Shown here: piece after piece, positions 20,303-30,220 of the stretch | How positions within the stretch are numbered: position 1 is the first letter of the stretch | Layout of the letters: each line of letters opens with the position of its first letter | Assembly: GCA_026004395.1 (NCBI GenBank) | Contig: BPJB01000001.1 | Location: forward strand, 969,226 to 1,033,225 | Reading direction: 5' to 3' | Source of the DNA: Patescibacteria group bacterium | GTDB lineage: Bacteria > Patescibacteriota > Microgenomatia > Levybacterales > UBA12049 | DNA: 64,000 nt | The notes under the pieces: model-generated | What the model was told of the DNA's origin: nothing | The model's input: only the letters and a program-made list of their open reading frames with translations | The model's database searches: none | Translations under genes and position numbers: made by a program

Positions 20303-20433
20303 TTTTTTTATTAAAAAAATTTTTATTGATATATCAATCCATTCTCTCAATAAAATACTCTAGGACTATGATATATTTGTATATAAAATGCTATAGGTTG
20401 ACAATAAACGCTGAGTATGCTAGTATCTAAGAT

Positions 20434-20580
20434 GTGAAATTGTTTCATCTTTTCAAACGCACAAAAAAGAGAAGAAAAACACTAGATGACTATCAGAGAG
20501 AGATGTTGGTCAGACAAGGACGTCAACAGTTCCAAAAGCTTGTTGAAAAAGGATTAGGAATTCCGATTGGACTTTTATAA
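20434..20580 (+). CDS. Unannotated 48-aa basic small protein, probably leaderless
   Basis: TTGACA(20398)-17-TAGTAT(20421) with TG extension, GTG 7 nt later. MKLFHLFKRTKKRRKTLDDYQREMLVRQGRQQFQKLVEKGLGIPIGLL. Confidence 0.65.
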   Translation: MKLFHLFKRTKKRRKTLDDYQREMLVRQGRQQFQKLVEKGLGIPIGLL

Positions 20581-20590
20581 AGTCCAACAC

Positions 20591-20706
20591 AAAAAAAGAG
20601 CATCGCTTTCGTTACGTAAGAATTGATGAGTTCGTCTAAGTACGATAAGCAATGCTCTTGGGTAAAAGGCATTTAGTCCTTCAGGCAGGAAATAAAACTA
20701 AGTGCC
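20591..20706 (-). ncRNA. Candidate ~116-nt sRNA
   Basis: TTGACA(20742-20737)-17-TATAAA promoter, 5' hairpin starting at the predicted +1, 3' hairpin followed by U7. Confidence 0.5.
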
Positions 20707-20882
20707 AAGTACATTTATAAGAAAAACAGGAAAAATTGTCAAGAAAAATGGATGAAGCTAAAACTGCCATTTTTTCTTGAAAATGCAAGATTTTTCATAA
20801 TAATTTTTCACGCTCAACAATGACTCACTCTTTTATTAAAAAGAGAAAAATTTGTCTCTTACACAGACAAAAAAATGAGCGT

Positions 20883-21006
20883 CTAGAAGAATCAGAAAAT
20901 GTAAAGTTCTTGTCACTTGCAAGGAAGTAGGAGTGTAGGGCAGGCATTCCTACTTCCTTGGAGGTTGAAGTAACAAGAACTTTACTCTAGTAATATATTT
21001 TTCTAG
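20883..21006. ncRNA. Long rod-like structured element with central bubble (6S-like candidate)
   Basis: About 35-bp stem 20901-20985 plus closing stem CTAGAAGAAT/ATTTTTCTAG. The structure is clear; identity and strand are not. Confidence 0.4.
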
Positions 21007-21057
21007 GTAATTTAAAAAGTAGTTTTACGCAAATTAACCACTCTGGCTATAAATTCA

Positions 21058-21864
21058 TTAAATCTTTTTCGCAAACAATATTCTACCTGTTGCTGTCTGT
21101 ATAACCCGCGATACAACAACATCAATTGTTTTTCCAACAAATGCCGCTCCTTCTTCAACAACGATCATCGTCCCATCATCAAGATATCCAACGCCTTGTG
21201 TGCTGTCTTTACCAGGATGCAGGAGTTTGACATGCAAAGATTCTCCTGGTACAGCAATGACCTTGAGGCTATTAGCTAAAGCATTCATATTAACTGTTGG
21301 CACGTTTTCAATTGTTGCCTTTTTTTCCAGATTATAGTCACAAGTGATAATCTTGCCTTTAAAATTTTTTGCGGTACGGATAAGTTTTTCATCCACCTCA
21401 AGTGGTTTTTCTAAAATGTCTTTTTCCTCATCTTCTGTCAAAGTCACAAGCTTCATTGTTTTTTTCTTTCTTAGTTTTTCCAAAAACTCAAGTCCCTTTC
21501 TACCTCTCTCCCGTTTTACAGTATCTTGAGAGTCAGCAAGCCTTTTGAGCTCCTGCAAAATACTTTGAGTGATAACAATAACGCCATTAAGAAGACCAAG
21601 ATCTATGACGTCAAAAATACGGCCATCAATAATAGCTGAGGTATCAAGGAAAATGGGGTACTCTAGTTTTTTCTGTTTTACCCTTTTTTTTCTAGTAGAA
21701 ACTCTCTTAGGAACAGGAAACATATTAGGGAGGCGAAGCATGATAGTCTTGGCTACCTCATCGGCAAGAGCACCAACGAGCTTAGGTGGAAGAGTAAGAG
21801 GATTCTGCAACCCTTTATCTGATGCTTCTTCTTTTGTTTTTTGTTGCTTTTTGCGCTCTGCCAT
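21058..21864 (-). CDS. PIN/TRAM domain protein (YacL-like, lacking the N-terminal TM domain)
   Basis: FLDTSAIIDGRI PIN motif, RGRKGLE, GVGYLDDGTMIVVE, VIQTATGRILFA; directly downstream of radA. Confidence 0.92.
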   Translation of the reverse strand: MAERKKQQKTKEEASDKGLQNPLTLPPKLVGALADEVAKTIMLRLPNMFPVPKRVSTRKKRVKQKKLEYPIFLDTSAIIDGRIFDVIDLGLLNGVIVITQSILQELKRLADSQDTVKRERGRKGLEFLEKLRKKKTMKLVTLTEDEEKDILEKPLEVDEKLIRTAKNFKGKIITCDYNLEKKATIENVPTVNMNALANSLKVIAVPGESLHVKLLHPGKDSTQGVGYLDDGTMIVVEEGAAFVGKTIDVVVSRVIQTATGRILFAKKI

Positions 21865-21955
21865 AATATTTGATTTTCATTTTATAGTTTTCAGCTTTCA
21901 TTAATCTCATAGAGTTTACCAAAGCAGATAGTGAAAATTGAAAACCAGCAAAAAA

Positions 21956-23341
21956 TTATTTTTTACTCTCCAATGATTTTAACACATCATTAAGAAATTT
22001 GCTTGATTTAACAGTTAAAATATTAGTAAACCCTAGTTTTTTCGCTTCCTTAATGCGCTTCTCCAACGAAGAGACTTCACGCAACTCACCCAAGAGTCCT
22101 ACTTCAGCAATTCCCACAATTTTGCTAAGTGAAATATTCTTAATACTCGAATAGATCGCAAGACAAACCCCTAAATCTATAGCTGGATCTGAAATCTTTA
22201 ATCCTCCTGCAACATTGACAAAAACATCCATTGTATCAAGAGGAAGTCCGCAGTGCTTTTGCAACACCGCAAGAAGAAGTTCAACGCGTTTTTGATCCAC
22301 TCCTGAGACGACTCTACGAGGCATAGGAAGTTTCGAAGAAACTACCAATGCCTGTAACTCTACCAAGAAAGCTCTACTCCCCTCCATTGTCACTACAAGG
22401 ACTGTTCCTGGTACATCACCTGATCTCTGAGAGAGAAAAATCTGTTCTGGATTAGCAATTTCTTTGAGTCCTTCTTCATCCATGATGAAGATCCCAACTT
22501 CATCCACAGGTCCAAATCTGTTTTTAAGTGATCGCAGAATACGTGTTTTGGTGAACTTCTCACCCTCAAGAAAAAGTACTGTATCTACCATATGTGAGAG
22601 TACCATAGGTCCTGCCACCATTCCTTCTTTGGTTACATGACCAACTAATATCACAGGAATATTGAATTGCTTTGCAGCGCGTATAAAATGGAGAGCTGCG
22701 TATCTTACTTGTCCTACTGATCCTGAGAGTCCTTCAAGATTTGTTGACTGCATTGTCTGGATCGAATCCACAATCACCAAATCTGGTTTTAGTGACTGAA
22801 TATGTGAAAATGCAATATCTGGATCTGACAAGGATATGAGAAATAACGAATCACTAATTTGTACATTTTCTCTCTCTGGAGAGTTATTCGCTGACTTTTG
22901 ATTGAAAGTTTTTATAAGTCTATCTGCTCTCATTTTGATTTGCTCTATTGATTCTTCTCCTGATATATAGAGAACTTGCAGTCCTTTCTGAGCTAAGGAA
23001 AGGCATAACTGAAGTAAAAGTGTTGACTTTCCAACACCCGGATCTCCTGCCAATAGCGTGGCTGAGCCGACAACGATCCCGCCACCAAGAACTGTGTTCA
23101 ATTCATTAAATTTTGTTTGTATTCTCAATCTTTCTTTATACGCAATATCTGAAAGTTTTCGAGGTAAATCCTGTTTTAAATTATCCACCCAAGAAGATCC
23201 ACTATCAAAAGCACTTGATGGTTGTTTAAACTCCGCAAAGGTATTCCACAGACCACACTCTGGACATTTACCTAAATAGGCAGGACTATCATAACCACAC
23301 TGTTGACAGACAAAAGATGTCTTTATTTTCTTTTTAACCAT
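21956..23341 (-). CDS. radA: DNA repair protein RadA/Sms
   Basis: C4 zinc finger, GDPGVGKSTLLLQ, KNRFG motif. Confidence 0.97.
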   Translation of the reverse strand: MVKKKIKTSFVCQQCGYDSPAYLGKCPECGLWNTFAEFKQPSSAFDSGSSWVDNLKQDLPRKLSDIAYKERLRIQTKFNELNTVLGGGIVVGSATLLAGDPGVGKSTLLLQLCLSLAQKGLQVLYISGEESIEQIKMRADRLIKTFNQKSANNSPERENVQISDSLFLISLSDPDIAFSHIQSLKPDLVIVDSIQTMQSTNLEGLSGSVGQVRYAALHFIRAAKQFNIPVILVGHVTKEGMVAGPMVLSHMVDTVLFLEGEKFTKTRILRSLKNRFGPVDEVGIFIMDEEGLKEIANPEQIFLSQRSGDVPGTVLVVTMEGSRAFLVELQALVVSSKLPMPRRVVSGVDQKRVELLLAVLQKHCGLPLDTMDVFVNVAGGLKISDPAIDLGVCLAIYSSIKNISLSKIVGIAEVGLLGELREVSSLEKRIKEAKKLGFTNILTVKSSKFLNDVLKSLESKK

Positions 23342-23791
23342 GTGGAATAGTATACAACATTACGTTAATTTATTGTTACTCTCAAGTTTGACTTTATAGC
23401 GAAGTTCTTCGATGAAGACTGTGTCTCTGGGCTTTCCTTTGTCTGAAGATTAATTTGCACATTATGAATATTACCAATAATATTCTTGAGATCATCAAGT
23501 GTATCCTCTACTTCTGCCCTTTATTAAAACGTTCATAAAGTGGAATAAAAATTTCCTGTTATATTTAAATCCCTGCATTTAATGCCGCACTTATTTTATT
23601 TCTTACATTGCGAATAAAACAAGTCCAACACCTAAATTCCTTCTGTTTTTACAACATGCTGAGGTGATTTTCTTGCATTTTACATCCTCCTGCTTTAATA
23701 AAGCATCTGTTTATCTTGCTCATATTTTCCTGGGAATGGAGCTAAATAAATATTTCTCAGTTTACCAACACGACGCAGTTAATCAACAAAA

Positions 23792-24943
23792 CTAGCGGTA
23801 CATTAGAGGTTTTTCCTTCAGAATGGGAGTTAATTCAATTCGACGTCTGCGTGTATCGTGTGCACTAACGACAGCACTTACATTCTGACCAATCTCATAC
23901 TTTGTTGTTGGAGAAATCTTTTCCTTTTTGATCACTCCTTCTATACCCTCACCCAAATCCACAATAACATTCCCTTCTTCTATACGAATTACTTCACCTG
24001 AAACTTCTCTATCTATGTAAAACTTTTCTTTGAGTTTTTCAAAAGGATCTTCTTGCAATCTTTTAATTGATAGATCAACACGTCTCTCATCTACGTTAAC
24101 TCCAATCACAACACACTCGACTGTATCACCTATTTTATAAGCTGCTAGAGGATTATCTAGTTTTTCCCATGAAATTTCTGAGATATGAATAAATCCGTCT
24201 AACATCAGATCTTCTCTGTCTTGAGAACTAAAAGTGACGAAATAACCAAAAGGGGTAATCGCTCTAATCTGAGCTTTAATCGTATCTCCTACTTTTACTC
24301 CAGATACCAAAGTTTTAAAGTTTTCAACAGGGATTGTTGCTTTTTGCGAAAAAATGACTTTTTTGCTCCTTTTATCAAGATCAACTACAACAACAGAGAC
24401 TGTTTTCCCTACATTAAGCAAATGAGCTTGAGAAGCAAGAACGTGCGAAAAGGGCAAAAAGCCTGTTTGTCCGTCATCCGTAAGCACAATATATCCTCCT
24501 TTGGTTACCTCTGTAATGTTGACTTTGATTACTGATCCCTCTCTTTTTAATTTCTCCAATCTTTTCCATCGCTGATCTTCTATAAACTGTCTGAGTGAGA
24601 CTAGTGGTTGTCCTGATTCAGACTCTGTACTTACAACTGTAGCTTCCACCTCATCCCCTTCTTTCACAAAGGCATGAAGTATTTTTGCCAAATGAGGATC
24701 TTTTTCAATAACTAACGCCTCTCCTCTTGGATGTAAATCAACAAGTATTTCATTTTTGTTGATTTTGATTATTTTTCCTTTGACGATATCGCCTTTTTTA
24801 AGAGGAACAAAAAAATTGCTGTATTTGGCCATCAACTCAGACATTGAAGTGGCTCTTTTCCTATCCCCGTTATGACTATTGGTTGATTGCTTTTGAGAAA
24901 TTTGTTCATCAGATACGTCTTTAGTAGTTGATGAAGATGCCAT
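23792..24943 (-). CDS. rpsA: 30S ribosomal protein S1-like (four S1 domains)
   Basis: Four OB/S1 repeats (e.g. GFIHISEISW, RVDLSIKRL). Confidence 0.85.
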   Translation of the reverse strand: MASSSTTKDVSDEQISQKQSTNSHNGDRKRATSMSELMAKYSNFFVPLKKGDIVKGKIIKINKNEILVDLHPRGEALVIEKDPHLAKILHAFVKEGDEVEATVVSTESESGQPLVSLRQFIEDQRWKRLEKLKREGSVIKVNITEVTKGGYIVLTDDGQTGFLPFSHVLASQAHLLNVGKTVSVVVVDLDKRSKKVIFSQKATIPVENFKTLVSGVKVGDTIKAQIRAITPFGYFVTFSSQDREDLMLDGFIHISEISWEKLDNPLAAYKIGDTVECVVIGVNVDERRVDLSIKRLQEDPFEKLKEKFYIDREVSGEVIRIEEGNVIVDLGEGIEGVIKKEKISPTTKYEIGQNVSAVVSAHDTRRRRIELTPILKEKPLMYR

Positions 24944-25204
24944 GGATCATATCCGCCTTTCCTTTCAGAGTAATACACAGTATAGCATACGAGGAAGTAA
25001 AGCGCAAAAATGAAATATTGCTTCGACAATATGATTAAGTTAAAAGTGAATCATTCACACAGCAGCTAATGTATTAATCAAGATCTTTTTCGTCCATATG
25101 GGTATTATTTTTAAAGATAACAGAGTCTTTCTGTGCAATACTTGACCTTAAGATAACTTAACTCTGACAAAAAAGAGAAAAATCAGACAATCTTGCCAAT
25201 TAAC

Positions 25205-25230
25205 AAAAAAACCGCTCAACGCGGTTTTTT
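25205..25230 (-). terminator. rRNA unit terminator
   Basis: AAAAAACCGC-GTTGA-GCGGTTTTTTT on the minus strand after the 5S gene. Confidence 0.8.
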
Positions 25231-25250
25231 GTCTTTTTTCGTACGTAATT

Positions 25251-25364
25251 ATCGGCATCGACCCATTGTCCCTCGGCGATAGCCGAAGTATCGTAGGCGC
25301 TGGTGTGTTTCACTTCTCTGTTCGGAATGGGAAGAGGTGGGTCCACACCGCTTCAGACACCGAC
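25251..25364 (-). rRNA. rrf: 5S rRNA
   Basis: Minus strand contains CCCATTCCGAACAGAGAAGTGAAAC; terminal stem GTCGGTG..TGCCGAT. Confidence 0.93.
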
Positions 25365-25659
25365 AAATACGTACGAAAAATTCGTTTTTTTTATAAGAGA
25401 ACTCCTTAACAAGTGAAGAGATGACCCTCAAGCATGTTTCTTGATCCCAACGGAAAGCAGAAACACGATTGAAGGTGGAAATTACTCTGAACTTCTGGAA
25501 AGTACAGAAGACAGAGAAAAGTTGTCTAAAATCTACTGCTTGACCATTAGTACGGGTAGGCTTAACACATTGCTGTGCTTCCACCGCCCGCCTATCAACC
25601 TCGTAATCTTCAAGGGGTCTTCGCAGCCTTGCGGCTGCATGAGATCTAATCTTGGAGAC

Positions 25660-25692
<33 letters not shown>

Positions 25693-25835
25693 GATGGGAA
25701 TATAGCTACCCAGCGCTGCTCCGCTTTTACGGAACAACTGGCACACCAGGGATTCCCTCATCCCAGTCCTCTCGTACTAGGGACGAACCTCCTCAAATCT
25801 CAAACGGACATACAGGATAGAGACCGAACTGTCTT

Positions 25836-25870
<35 letters not shown>

Positions 25871-25898
25871 CTGGCGAACAGCCAGACCCTTGGGACCT

Positions 25899-26615
25899 CT
25901 AACCTTCCATAATTACTTATGGGGTAAGACTATTCCATCACCTTTTACTCCGTGTCACCACGAAGCAGTCAGGTGCGAGCCGTATGACTCGACTAAAGTC
26001 GGGTCTCACTCTCTTCCTTGGTAGGAAAAAGAGATCAGTCGTTAGAGGAAGCATGTTCTTGGATCTTTGAAGCGTAGTTCTTTCGGCGACCAGCCGATCG
26101 AACGTTATAACCGCTTAAAGTATCTGCCAATCGAGCTATTTTTACAAGATCTGATTGAGATATAATCGGAGTTTGTAGAATTTCAAGAGCAAGCTCTGCT
26201 TGTCTCTTCTTCCCTCTCGAGTATATCTTTATCAGTTCTAAAATTTCTTTACAGTGTTGTTGGTTTTTAACTATCCAGTCAAAAGTTGTTCTATTTTTGA
26301 CAACTACTCCAACACCAAGTACAGATTGTATCCATTGCAGAAGGTTTGGATTCTTCTGTGTGAATTTAAGTATAATTCGCACTCGAAAACCAAACCTTTT
26401 CTCTTTATGTGATTCAATAGAAGCCATAATGGCCCCATCACAATCTAAAAGACCTGCAATATAAGCCCGATCGACTTCAGAACATCCTTTTCCTACGGAA
26501 CCAACCATAATTACAGAATATCAAGAAAAACTTTTTATCTGCAATATGGCCTCCTCCGTTTTGAGCTCGTTTATTACCCTCTTATTTCTAAGAGGGAGAG
26601 AAGCTGAAAATGTTT
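25899..26615 (-). mobile_element. Group I intron (IA-like) at about E. coli 23S position 2533
   Basis: Removal restores GGGGCTGGAGA|AGGTCCCAAGGG. P4 ACGGAG/TTCCGT, P7 GACT/AGTC, P8 CACCT/AGGTG, extra P7.1/P7.2 hairpins, terminal G. Confidence 0.88.
26035..26508 (-). CDS. Single-motif LAGLIDADG homing endonuclease (intron-encoded)
   Basis: YIAGLLDCDGAI motif, FTQKN; lies inside the intron. Confidence 0.92.
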   Translation of the reverse strand: MVGSVGKGCSEVDRAYIAGLLDCDGAIMASIESHKEKRFGFRVRIILKFTQKNPNLLQWIQSVLGVGVVVKNRTTFDWIVKNQQHCKEILELIKIYSRGKKRQAELALEILQTPIISQSDLVKIARLADTLSGYNVRSAGRRKNYASKIQEHASSND

Positions 26616-26619
26616 TCTC

Positions 26620-26660
<41 letters not shown>

Positions 26661-26691
26661 GCATCGTCGCTGTGGACGCTTGGATGCGATC

Positions 26692-26724
<33 letters not shown>

Positions 26725-26753
26725 AAGCTGCGTGCCTACCACTAGGCCTCGCA

Positions 26754-26785
<32 letters not shown>

Positions 26786-27177
26786 GCTTGTTTGCCTCGC
26801 AGTCAAGCCGGCTTTTGCCATTGCGCTATCACTCCGATTTCCATCCGGAGCTAGCCGACCTTTGTGCGGCTCCGTTGCGCTGTAGGAGCCTACCTCCCCA
26901 GTAAAACTGCCCGCCAGACACTGTTCTCTTGCCGTCCATTTATTCGGCTAAGAGTAATGCTCACTCATCCCAAAGAGAGGTATTTCACGATCGGCTGACG
27001 CCTCCCTCCTATTCTAAACAGTTGAGAAAAGCTTGCAAATGCCAAGCTGCAGTAAAGCTCCCGGGGTCTTTTTGTCCATGTATGTCTAGGCCGCGTCTTC
27101 ACAGCCATCTCAATTTCGCCGGGTAGAGGTTCAAGACAGTTGCTCAGTCATTCTACCTTTCGTGCGGGTCGGAACTC

Positions 27178-27857
27178 CACGTATATCCTCAATTACTTGA
27201 GGCGTAGACTATATCTTCATCTAATATCGATAGAAGTTTGTCTTTCAAATATCTTCTTGCACCTAAACCATTCATTTGATAAGAAAGTCTCACAATTTCT
27301 TTTAACCCATCCCTCTTGAGATGTTCCCCTTTATTTACCATTCGGCAAATTGCAGAGAACTTCTCAAAATCTTTCTTTTTAGAAGAAAGTAATGGGTATT
27401 TCAGAAAATGTGGAATAACTTTCTCCATCAAATCTTTTATACTTCTTACCTCATACTTATAAGTTCGATCGCTTGGGTTTCTTCGAATAGTTCCGCATCC
27501 AAGATATTGCTGAAAAATTCTCAATACCTCTTGACGGTCACTATTTTGAGAAACTGAAAAGCTTGGTCGAACTTCAAGTCTTGTTAAAAGTTTTGGTCTA
27601 GGAGAAAATGATATACAAAAACTTCCTTCTCCATCGGTATATCCCGAAAGATAATATCCAATGGAATCTCTATTAGATGCTGGCGTATTAGGCATATATT
27701 CAGTATGCCTCTGACTCATACTTGAGTCAAGTCGTTACAGGGAACGTACCATTTGGTACATTCTTACCCACGGTATTACCCTCGCTATACGCATTCCTTG
27801 TAAATGCAACGCGATAGGGCTCCACCGTTTTTAGCCAGTAAGGGCTTGCTTGTGCTC
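27178..27857 (-). mobile_element. Group I intron (IA3-like) at 23S position L1951
   Basis: Removal gives CCTTGTCGGGT|GAGTTCCGACC. U before the 5' site, terminal G, P3 CTGGC/GCCAG, P7 GACT/AGTC, AAGATATAGTC S element. Confidence 0.92.
27189..27719 (-). CDS. Single-motif LAGLIDADG homing endonuclease (intron-encoded)
   Basis: YLSGYTDGEGSF, PSFSVSQ, IPHFLKYPL..K (I-CreI-like); the start may be slightly downstream. Confidence 0.93.
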   Translation of the reverse strand: MSQRHTEYMPNTPASNRDSIGYYLSGYTDGEGSFCISFSPRPKLLTRLEVRPSFSVSQNSDRQEVLRIFQQYLGCGTIRRNPSDRTYKYEVRSIKDLMEKVIPHFLKYPLLSSKKKDFEKFSAICRMVNKGEHLKRDGLKEIVRLSYQMNGLGARRYLKDKLLSILDEDIVYASSN

Positions 27858-28742
27858 ACCCGACAAGGAACTTCGCTACCATAGAACAGTTATAGTTACT
27901 GCTGCCGTTCACCGGAGCTTGTGTCCTCGCCTTCCCCCTTACGAGGGTTAGCAAAAACACTTGACTTACCGGCACTGGGCAGGTGTCAGCCCCTATACCT
28001 TGCCTTTCGGCTTTGCAGGGACCTGTGTTTTAGATAAACAGTTGCTAAGCAGACATTCGCTGCGCCCGCAGACCTAACTGCGGGAAGGCATCTCCCAAAG
28101 GTTACGCCTAGCTTTTTTGCCGAGTTCCTTGAACCTCTTTCTCCCGATCACCTTAGTCTACTCGACCAGCCCACCTGTGTCGGTAATGCGGTACGGCAAA
28201 CTATGCGTTTTGATCCGATAAATCGGATCGTAATGAGGCTTTTCCCGAGAGCTGAAAGCTACAGAATCAGTCCCAATTGCTTGGAACCTTTCATTTGCAG
28301 CTCGATTAAACAGGTGAACGGATTTGCCTGTTCACGCTTATCTTGCTGCTTGGACCGGACGGATCCGGCTCTGCTCTTCCAACTCTGTCACCCCCTTACA
28401 TACGCATAATTTGTACCCGAATTTTAACGGGTTATCCATCAGGCTAACCCCCTTTAACGAGGGATACCCTTAGGGCCGACTGACCCTCCGCTGATTTACA
28501 TTGCGGAGGAAACCTTGGGCATTCGGTGGATAGGTTTCTCACCTATCTCTCGCTACTCATACCGGCATTCTCACTTCTATGCACTCCATCAAGCCTTACA
28601 GCTTGACTTCACTGCGCATAAAACGCTCCCCTACCATTTATACCCTTACGGGCATAAATCTCCAATTTCGGCACAAAGCTTAATCCTCGGTATATTTTCG
28701 GCGCTAGACACCATCCGCCAGTGAGCTGTTACGCTTTCTTTA

Positions 28743-28773
<31 letters not shown>

Positions 28774-29344
28774 GTGTCTGAGGAGTCTAACTTCCTTTCA
28801 AACTTAGCTTTGATTTAGAGGCCTTAAATGGGAGTCTGGGCTGTTTCCCTCTCGACTGATCAGCTTAGCCCGACCAGTCTGACTATCTCGATACATGCAT
28901 CCTGCATTCGGAGTTTGATTTGCTCCGACAGATTGCTCCGCCGGTAGCAATTCAGTGCTCTACCTCAGGGCACAATCGAGACGCTATACCTTAATATATT
29001 TCGGGGAGAACCAGCTATCTCTGGGTTCGATTGGCATGTTACCCCTAACCTCAAGTCATCCCAAGCCATTGCTACGGCCACGGGTTCGGTCCTCCTCCCA
29101 TATTTCTATGGGATTCAACCTGCTCAAGGTTAGCTCACCCAGTTTCGGGTCTATTGCTTGCAACTAATCGCCCAGTTAGGGCACGCTTTCACTCCGTCTT
29201 CGCAAGTTTTCCTTGCTTAAACCAACGCTGCAAACAATAACTCACCGGTTCATTCTTCAATAGGCACGCCGTCATCCGCAAAAGCGGACTCCGACTGCTT
29301 GTTAGCCACTAATTTCAGGTCTATTTCATTCCCCTCCCGGGGTG

Positions 29345-29385
<41 letters not shown>

Positions 29386-29889
29386 ATGTTGATATTTAGC
29401 CTTGGAGTGTGGTCACCCCAGCTTCCCACAAAGTTTACCGTGCTTCGTGGTACTTAGGAACAGGCTATCGGGAGCATGAATTTCGCATACACGCCTTTCA
29501 CGTTCTGTGGGGGACTATTCCGAGTCCTTCTGCTATCCATACTCACATCGAATATCGCCTGCCCTACAACCCTCCGATTTAATCGGAGTTTAGGCTCCTC
29601 CCCTTTCGCTCACCGCTACTTAGGGAATCTCGATGATTTCTTTTCCTGGCCCTACTAAGATGTTTCAGTTCGAGCCGTGCCCAGCTATGCGCTATTTTGA
29701 GAGATTGCTCTCTCATGTTTACGCATAGCTCTCCATCTTACGATGGAGGGGTTGCCCCATTCGGAAACCGCCGGATCACAGGTTCGTGGCACCTCCCCGA
29801 CGAGTATCGCCGCCATGTGCGTCCTTCCTCGGTCAACATCGCCAAGGCATCCATTAGTGGCATTATGAGTAGATTTTTAGACAAAAAAT

Positions 29890-29910
29890 TCTCTTCACTT
29901 GTCAAAGAGC
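29890..29910 (-). promoter_or_regulatory. boxA-like element and 5' arm of the 23S processing stem
   Basis: Minus strand GCTCTTTGACAAGTGAAGAGA; complementary arm at 25409-25421. Confidence 0.75.
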
Positions 29911-30147
29911 TCTCTCAAGCGGGTAGAGTTATTGATTATACGCAATATAACTAAACTCTACCCAATATCAAGTAACAAATAAATACTTGTACTTTGGGAA
30001 AAACCCCCTCTAACTAGGGGGCTTGTCCCAAAGAACAAGCAGCAAAGAATACTTTTTTAAAAGTACTTTAAGATCTGATAGATCTGAACTTTTGCCAGCG
30101 ATAACTGTTCCACTGCACAACTCATAATTTAAATTATGAGCAAAGAG

Positions 30148-30220
30148 TGGACCGGAAGAGATTCGAACTCTCGACCTTCGCTGTGCAAAAGCGACGCTCT
30201 ACCAACTAAGCTACCGGCCC
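30148..30220 (-). tRNA. tRNA-Ala(TGC)
   Basis: GGGCCGGTAGCTTAGTTGGTAGAGC, anticodon arm TCGCT-TTTGCAC-AGCGA, G3:U70. Confidence 0.96.

Noticed and set aside
20598-20658. Hammerhead-like layout on the plus strand (TC..TTGATGA..GATA)
   Set aside because: Core deviates from CUGANGA/GAAA at two invariant positions, and stems I and II are weak.
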